The position numbers and the translations under genes are program-made. DNA of 20,000 nucleotides from an uncultured virus (IMG/VR IMGVR_UViG_3300045969_000082) (taxonomy: Duplodnaviria > Heunggongvirae > Uroviricota > Caudoviricetes): IMG/VR virus record IMGVR_UViG_3300045969_000082; one strand, given 5' to 3'. The notes beneath the pieces were generated by a model that was not told the DNA's origin, ran no database searches, and saw only the letters and a list, made by a program, of their open reading frames with translations. Positions 13,814 through 20,000 of the stretch are shown here, one piece after another (within the stretch, counting starts at the first letter, position 1; every line of letters starts with the position of its first letter).

Positions 13814-14766
13814 ACGCTGTCACAACGACCGATCACGAAGAAGCCCCTCGCCTTCCGTCGCTCCAGTCGGGCGGACAAGTCCGCGCCATCGTCCCGCAGG
13901 ACTTCGACGGTGCATGGCGCATTGCCAATGCCGTCGCCAAGGCCGGAATGGCGCCGAAGGGGCTGGAGACGCCCGAGAAGGCGATGGTCGCCATCATGCA
14001 CGGCATGGAGGTCGGCATGACGCCGATGGCCGCGCTCCAGTCGATCGCTGTCGTCAATGGCAGACCGACGATCTGGGGCGATGGTGCGATCGGCCTCGTC
14101 CGCAGTTCGGGCAAGCTGGAGTGGATCAAGGAGACGATCACCGGCGCCGACGACAGCATGGTCGCGACATGCGAGGTCAAGCGCAAGGGCGACCCCGACC
14201 CGGTCAAGGCGACGTTCTCTGTGGCCGACGCCAAGAAGGCTGGGCTCTGGGGCAAGCAGGGGCCGTGGCAGCAGTATCCGAAGCGCATGCTCGCGATGCG
14301 TGCCCGCGCTTTCGTTCTGCGCGACACCTTCGCCGACATTTTGCGTGGCCTCGGCATTGCCGAGGAGGTCAGCGACTACCAGCCCATGCGCGACGTGACG
14401 CCGGCCGCGCCTGTGCCGCCCAAGCCGCCCGTTCCGCCGCAGGTCAGCGACGCGCGCGCCGAGCGCCAGAGCGAGGATCCCACCGCTCAGTCTGAGCAGC
14501 AGAACGACATCATCGACGCCGAGATCGTAGATCCCGACACCGGCGAGGTGACGGACGAGCAGCCGGCGGGCGCCGACGAGTTCGACGACACCGCCTTCTT
14601 CGAGAAGCTTGAAGAGGACATGGCCGTCGCCGCAGACGAAGCCTCGATCGAGGAAGTGTGGACGGAAGCTGACCCGATGGCTCGCTTCGAGAACGACGAG
14701 ACCAGCCAGGCAATCGCGCTCGCCATCAAGAAGCGGGCTCTCAAGCGCGTCGGAGGCAAGAAGTGA
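13810..14766 (+). CDS. recT: RecT-like single-strand annealing protein
   Basis: AIMHGMEVGMTPMAALQSIAVVNGRPTIWG, DAKKAGLWGK and PWQQYPKRML..RAR...RD.FAD motifs; acidic tail containing VDPDTGEV. Confidence 0.85.
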   Translation: MNAVTTTDHEEAPRLPSLQSGGQVRAIVPQDFDGAWRIANAVAKAGMAPKGLETPEKAMVAIMHGMEVGMTPMAALQSIAVVNGRPTIWGDGAIGLVRSSGKLEWIKETITGADDSMVATCEVKRKGDPDPVKATFSVADAKKAGLWGKQGPWQQYPKRMLAMRARAFVLRDTFADILRGLGIAEEVSDYQPMRDVTPAAPVPPKPPVPPQVSDARAERQSEDPTAQSEQQNDIIDAEIVDPDTGEVTDEQPAGADEFDDTAFFEKLEEDMAVAADEASIEEVWTEADPMARFENDETSQAIALAIKKRALKRVGGKK

Positions 14767-15620
14767 GCAGCAAGTCCGACGCCCCTGCCCTGCGCCTAGT
14801 TGTCGAACGTGGGCCGAAGCTGGTGCCGGCATCAGCTTTCGACGCCGAACGGCTGGATACGTTCAAGGTCGGCCGCGTGCTCCGGTTCACCCCGGTTGAG
14901 GAAGCCGACCGCAAGGACATTCGCCGCTGGTGGGCAATCCTGAATCGCGCGGTGAAAGACACCAAGACACCGTGGCGCACGGCGACGCAGGCCAGCGAGG
15001 CGATCAAGCTCGCGCTCGGCATCGTCGAGTACGGCAAGACCGTCGGCGGCCAGTTCATGCAGTGGCCGAAATCGTTGAAGGAACTCGACGACGAGGAGTT
15101 GGCCGAGGCCGTCCGCGACATGGCAGCCCTGCTGCACAGGATGACCGGCGTCGATCCGCTCGAATGGAACAGGGAATCGGCCGACGTCGGCCAAGATGAG
15201 GCAGAACAGCCGGAGCAGTCGGCCCCCGACGATACCGGCTCAGGCAGCAGCGGAGACGAAACGCCCCCCGCCCAAAACTCCGCTGCTGCCGATCAATCCG
15301 CGAGTGCGGCGGACCAAGAGGATGGCGCCGAGCCGGGCGGGGCCAGCGCAGGCGATGACACGCCATCCTCCGATCTCGACGGTGTGAAGCGAATGCTCAT
15401 GGAAGAGTGCGCCGACAACATGCTGCGCGACGCCTTCTCCGAGCCAAAGGATCAGCAAGCAGAGAAAGTCGACAAGCTGGAGCGCATCTTCCTTGAGCCG
15501 CAGAACCTCGGATCTCACCCGCATTTCGTGAAGCTATGCGCCGAAACCGCACGCCGCATCATCGGCAAGCCACAAGAGCGTGGCCGTGCCCGTGAATACT
15601 TGATGGGAAAGATCGGCTGA
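14763..15620 (+). CDS. NinB/DUF1367-like N-domain plus disordered linker and C-terminal helical domain
   Basis: RRWWAIL...EAIKLALG...PKSLKELDDEEL pattern; sits between RecT and DUF1364. Confidence 0.65.
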   Translation: MSSKSDAPALRLVVERGPKLVPASAFDAERLDTFKVGRVLRFTPVEEADRKDIRRWWAILNRAVKDTKTPWRTATQASEAIKLALGIVEYGKTVGGQFMQWPKSLKELDDEELAEAVRDMAALLHRMTGVDPLEWNRESADVGQDEAEQPEQSAPDDTGSGSSGDETPPAQNSAAADQSASAADQEDGAEPGGASAGDDTPSSDLDGVKRMLMEECADNMLRDAFSEPKDQQAEKVDKLERIFLEPQNLGSHPHFVKLCAETARRIIGKPQERGRAREYLMGKIG

Positions 15621-16033
15621 TGGGGGTCATCTCCGAGAAACTGCGCCGCAGCGCCCGAGGCCAGGATTGCACATTCGAGATACCGAATGTCTGCAACCAT
15701 GATCCTGACACGTCGGTCCTTTGCCACGCCCCAAGCGAGGTTAAGGGGATGGGGTCGAAAGGCCACGACTACAACGCCGCAATCGGGTGCAGCGACTGTC
15801 ACCGCGCACTCGACGAACACCGTCTTCCTCGGGAGGACGAGATGTTCTTCTGGCTCCGCGGGCTCCAGCGCACATGGGCTATCTGGGTCGCGAAGGGTTT
15901 GATCCTCCTCCCCGTCGATCCTGCCACAGCCAAGAAGCGCCCGAAGAAGCCGTCCTATTGGCCGTCGCGCCAGATCCAGTCGCGGAACACCCTGTCACGA
16001 AAGAGGAAGGAGCCTCGCGATGACGATGCTTGA
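15620..16033 (+). CDS. DUF1364/YbcO-like zinc-binding putative nuclease
   Basis: KLRRSARGQDCT..IP.VCNHDP.T.VLCH...G.G.K.HD...GCS.CH..LD signature. Confidence 0.9.
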   Translation: MGVISEKLRRSARGQDCTFEIPNVCNHDPDTSVLCHAPSEVKGMGSKGHDYNAAIGCSDCHRALDEHRLPREDEMFFWLRGLQRTWAIWVAKGLILLPVDPATAKKRPKKPSYWPSRQIQSRNTLSRKRKEPRDDDA

Positions 16034-16898
16034 TCCTCGCGCCCTCGAAGCTCTCAAGAACAATCAGCGCCAGCTTGACATGGATGGCTGCGAAGTCGGC
16101 GTGTCCCGACAGGCGCTAAACGAGGCAATCTCCTACATCGGCCGACTGACCGCCGACCGCGATTTCTGGAAAGAGCGGTTGCAGGTCGAGACACGCGCCC
16201 GGATCGAAGCCGAAGCCCTCTCCCGCACAGGCGCGGTGAAGGTGCCGAGCGGTGAAATTGAGGAAATCGTGTCTGATCTTGAATACTGGTCCGAGCGCCT
16301 AGCAGATATGCGTCAGCCGCAAGGACAATCTTCACTGAAACATGCGGCTTCCATCCTCTCCGCCCTTGAGCCAGCCGCGCCGGAGCGGAAAACATTGGTT
16401 CACGAGCCTATGGTGTGGACGGGGCGCGGCCCCTACGGCATGTCGCCAGCCGCACCGGAAGGCCAGCAGGAGGCAGCGGCGTGGCAATCGCAAGACCTTA
16501 TCGAGAGTGTGTCTTACGTCAGCAAGAACTTCGGCCTTGTGCGATACGAAGGGATTGACCGCTACTTCGGCCAGTCTACGCACAAATTCTCGACCGGGCA
16601 CGGTGCACGGTATGTTCTGCCGGAGGCGCTAAACGACTTCCTCTCTCCAAAGCCTGTCGCCCGCCCCGCAGCACAGGCGGTGACAGACGCCGGAGTTGAG
16701 GCTGCTGCTCGTCACATCACCAAATGGCTAGGCTTCGCATGGGATGACCTCCATGACGGCCGCGTGATCGAGAAGGGCTTACCGATCTTTCTCCACCACA
16801 GCCAGTTCGGCTGGCAGTTCCAGGGCCATAAGGGCGACATGATCGACCTCGCCCGCATCGCCCTCAAGGCCGCGATGGAGGCAGGGCGCCATGAGTGA
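16020..16898 (+). CDS. Mosaic multi-segment phage accessory protein
   Basis: 292 aa, AAGGAG RBS, short domains joined by Ala/Pro linkers (PAAPE occurs twice). Confidence 0.75.
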   Translation: MTMLDPRALEALKNNQRQLDMDGCEVGVSRQALNEAISYIGRLTADRDFWKERLQVETRARIEAEALSRTGAVKVPSGEIEEIVSDLEYWSERLADMRQPQGQSSLKHAASILSALEPAAPERKTLVHEPMVWTGRGPYGMSPAAPEGQQEAAAWQSQDLIESVSYVSKNFGLVRYEGIDRYFGQSTHKFSTGHGARYVLPEALNDFLSPKPVARPAAQAVTDAGVEAAARHITKWLGFAWDDLHDGRVIEKGLPIFLHHSQFGWQFQGHKGDMIDLARIALKAAMEAGRHE

Positions 16899-17079
16899 CG
16901 CACACGACGAATACGCCATGCTTCAGGCGTTCGGAGGCGCATGTTCTCTCGGCATGGACGCGCTGCGATTGTCCATTGGCCAGCAACCGAAGAAGCACAG
17001 CCCGGAAACGATTGCGGCATGGTTCGCCTATCTCGCATCCCGCCAGGCCCTCGCCAAAATCAAGGGAGGGGAGAGGTGA
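16891..17079 (+). CDS. Hypothetical protein
   Basis: 62 aa, overlapping both neighbours. Confidence 0.65.
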   Translation: MSDAHDEYAMLQAFGGACSLGMDALRLSIGQQPKKHSPETIAAWFAYLASRQALAKIKGGER

Positions 17080-17294
17080 GCCGATTGAACGACAATGGCG
17101 GCGACAGCGCCCGCGTCCGCGTGGTGGCCCATGCGATCCTGCGCGCGTCTTACCCGAATATGAGCGCTGAGCGGTTCACGGCGTCTTGGAAAATCTCGAC
17201 GGATGAATGGCGCTGGCAGTTCCTGCACCATGCCCGCGCGGCACTTGAGGCACTGGATAGTCACGACGCCACCCGCCCCGGAGGCAGGACATGA
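17076..17294 (+). CDS. Hypothetical protein
   Basis: GTG start in a GTGA overlap, GGAGG RBS, VAHAIL...FLHHARAAL. Confidence 0.65.
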   Translation: MSRLNDNGGDSARVRVVAHAILRASYPNMSAERFTASWKISTDEWRWQFLHHARAALEALDSHDATRPGGRT

Positions 17295-17473
17295 GCAGGG
17301 CGCTCGCGCTTACTCAGCGACAGGTGAGAGCCTTGTGCGAGGGCGCGAAAAAGGCCGGCTATGCACCAATCGCCCAGTTTGGCAATGTGCTGGTGCGCCT
17401 TGTCCCCGAAGAACACGCTATTCCTGACCAGCCATCACCGCGCGTTGACGATGGGGAGGACTTTGATCTTTGA
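17291..17473 (+). CDS. Putative excisionase / recombination directionality factor
   Basis: 60 aa directly upstream of the integrase; LTQRQVRALCEGAKKAG. Function inferred mainly from position. Confidence 0.55.
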   Translation: MSRALALTQRQVRALCEGAKKAGYAPIAQFGNVLVRLVPEEHAIPDQPSPRVDDGEDFDL

Positions 17474-17481
17474 TGGAGGGC

Positions 17482-18579
17482 ATGCCGCGCAAACGCCCCG
17501 CCTTTGTCATTCGCGAAAAGAATCGCCACGGAAACTGGCGATGGTATTTCCGCAAGAAGGGGACGCCGCGCGTCCGGCTCCCCGATGAATATGGGACGGA
17601 AGAGTTCTGGGCAGCTTACAACGCGGCGCTGACGGGGCAGGCAGTCGAAAAGCCGAGGCCGGCTTCATCGGGGACGCTGGAATGGCTGGTCAAGCGGTAT
17701 ATGGCCAGCGCACACTACGTCTGCCTTGCCGAGACCACCCAAAGAAGCCGGGGCAGCTTCTATCGGGGCGTCTGCAAGAAGTCCGGCCACATCGATTTTC
17801 GCAGGATCACCAAAAAGAAAATTCAGGAAGCCATGGACGCGAGGGCCAAGACCCCTTACGCGGCCAACAATTTCCTCGTCGCGATGTCTGTCCTGTTCGA
17901 TTGGGCGGTGAAGAATGAATTTGTCACCGACAATCCATGCCAGAAAGTTACGCCGATCAAGGTGAAATCGGCCGGCTACCACACATGGACAATGGAAGAA
18001 GTTGAGCAATACCGAGCGCGCCATCCTCTGGGCACGCGGCAACGCCTCGCGGTCGATCTCCTGCTGTTCACGGGCTTGCGCATCTCCGATGCTATTCTCG
18101 CCGGCCGCCAGCATGTGCGCGATGGCGTCCTGACGATCACGACCGGGAAGACAGGCACTGTCGTCTCCGTCCCGATCTTCCCGGAGTTGCGGCGGTCAAT
18201 AGATGCGACCAAGACTGGAACGCTGACGTTTCTCGTTGGGGCAAGAGGCCGCCCGTTCACGTCATCATTCACATTCGGGGCATGGTTCAGGAAGGCTTGT
18301 GATGACGCCGGACTCACTCACTGCACGGCTCATGGGCTACGAAAGGCCGGCGCAACTATCGCTGCCAACTCCGGCGCGACAGTCCACGAACTCATGGCGA
18401 TGTTCGGCTGGTCGCGCTCGTCTATGGCTGAAATCTACACCAAGAAGGCCGACCGGGCACGGCTCGCGCGAGCAGCCGCCGAACGGATTGCGAACGCCCA
18501 AGTCTCCAACCCTGCGCCGGGGTGCGGCCCAACCGAAGAAAATAGCGGTGGAAACAACGGCTTAAAAAGCGCTACATAG
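17482..18579 (+). CDS. int: Tyrosine recombinase / phage integrase
   Basis: N-terminal arm-binding-like REKNRHGNWRWYFR; catalytic TGLRISD, GKTG, HGLRK, FGW and EIYT; GGAGG RBS before ATG 17482. Confidence 0.95.
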   Translation: MPRKRPAFVIREKNRHGNWRWYFRKKGTPRVRLPDEYGTEEFWAAYNAALTGQAVEKPRPASSGTLEWLVKRYMASAHYVCLAETTQRSRGSFYRGVCKKSGHIDFRRITKKKIQEAMDARAKTPYAANNFLVAMSVLFDWAVKNEFVTDNPCQKVTPIKVKSAGYHTWTMEEVEQYRARHPLGTRQRLAVDLLLFTGLRISDAILAGRQHVRDGVLTITTGKTGTVVSVPIFPELRRSIDATKTGTLTFLVGARGRPFTSSFTFGAWFRKACDDAGLTHCTAHGLRKAGATIAANSGATVHELMAMFGWSRSSMAEIYTKKADRARLARAAAERIANAQVSNPAPGCGPTEENSGGNNGLKSAT

Positions 18580-18676
18580 TTTTGACACAGTGACGCTGTT
18601 TCTGCTTTCGTCACGCGCCGCCTTCAAGGAAGGCAGATGGGAAAAACGAGAAAAAGCCAATCAGAAGGACATGCTC

Positions 18677-18943
18677 ATGCGCACCGTGACAGGGATGGTT
18701 TCCGCGCTCGTCGTGGCGGCGGGGCTGGCGCTTTCCTCCGCGGCGGCGCTTGCCGCCGACGATGAAGGCAAGGTCGCCCGCGTCGACGCCGAGGCCATGA
18801 CCTTGACGCTGGAGAACGGCAACACCTACAAGCTGTCCGGCGAGTTCGACGTCGAGGCGCTGGAGGTCGGCGTCGAGGTGGTTCTGGCCTATGACACGGT
18901 CGGCGGGGAAAAGCTCGTCACCGACCTCGTCATCTACGAATAG
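18677..18943 (+). CDS. DUF1344-family small exported protein (host)
   Basis: Signal peptide followed by EGKV..VD....TLTLENGNTYKL..EFD...L..G..V...Y. Confidence 0.8.
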   Translation: MRTVTGMVSALVVAAGLALSSAAALAADDEGKVARVDAEAMTLTLENGNTYKLSGEFDVEALEVGVEVVLAYDTVGGEKLVTDLVIYE

Positions 18944-18945
18944 GC

Positions 18946-19052
18946 CTACAGCATCGGCCCGAAAATCGGAATCGATTTTCGGAAAGCACGATGCGTGGAT
19001 TCAAACAGCTGGAGCGTCCTTCGTGCATCCGAAAGGACGCACGGCGCTCCAG
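18946..19052. repeat. Rhizobiales intergenic two-palindrome mosaic element (RIME/Bru-RS type)
   Basis: GCATCG-CCGAAAATCG-gaat-CGATTTTCGG-CGATGC plus GGAGCG-CGTGCATCC-gaaa-GGACGCACG-CGCTCC, between convergent genes. Confidence 0.75.
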
Positions 19053-19053
19053 C

Positions 19054-20000
<947 letters not shown>

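Larger units (their letters stand above)
1..18579. mobile_element. Lambdoid prophage, early/immunity/recombination/integration region (left boundary outside the window)
   Basis: Divergent cI/cro pair, two operator clusters, translationally coupled small ORFs, DnaB/RuvC/RecT-like genes, and a terminal tyrosine integrase followed abruptly by housekeeping genes. The right boundary is approximate. Confidence 0.95.

Noticed and set aside
12424..14832. Minus-strand ORFs of 341 and 381 aa
   Set aside because: Shadows of the coiled-coil and RecT-like genes.
18946..19052. Double palindrome as a novel phage element or att site
   Set aside because: It fits the known Rhizobiales intergenic mosaic repeats and lies between host genes.

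Overview
Early and integration half of a lambdoid prophage in a GC-rich Alphaproteobacterium, probably Rhizobiales/Phyllobacteriaceae judging by the host genes and a RIME-type repeat. The leftward early operon (7495 down to 1) runs cro-like, cII-position protein, GapR/RMF-like fusion, AbrB-like, receiver-less CtrA-like DNA-binding protein, beta-class DNA methyltransferase, RuvC-like resolvase and a divergent DnaB helicase cut by the window edge. The immunity region is bracketed by two operator clusters sharing AATAC-N5-GTATT (7506-7566 and 10127-10165). It holds cI, three to four accessory genes and about 600 bp of non-coding but highly organised DNA. That DNA appears to encode an ~80-nt antisense RNA, with an NrdR-box-like site over its promoter, facing a long structured leftward RNA. 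The rightward operon starts at a PL-like promoter with an ~480-nt structured leader, then small genes, a RecT-like/NinB-like/DUF1364 recombination module, a putative excisionase and a tyrosine integrase ending at 18579. Host DNA follows: DUF1344, a palindromic repeat, a histidine phosphatase and partial fabI. All family calls come from motif recognition by eye; no searches were run.
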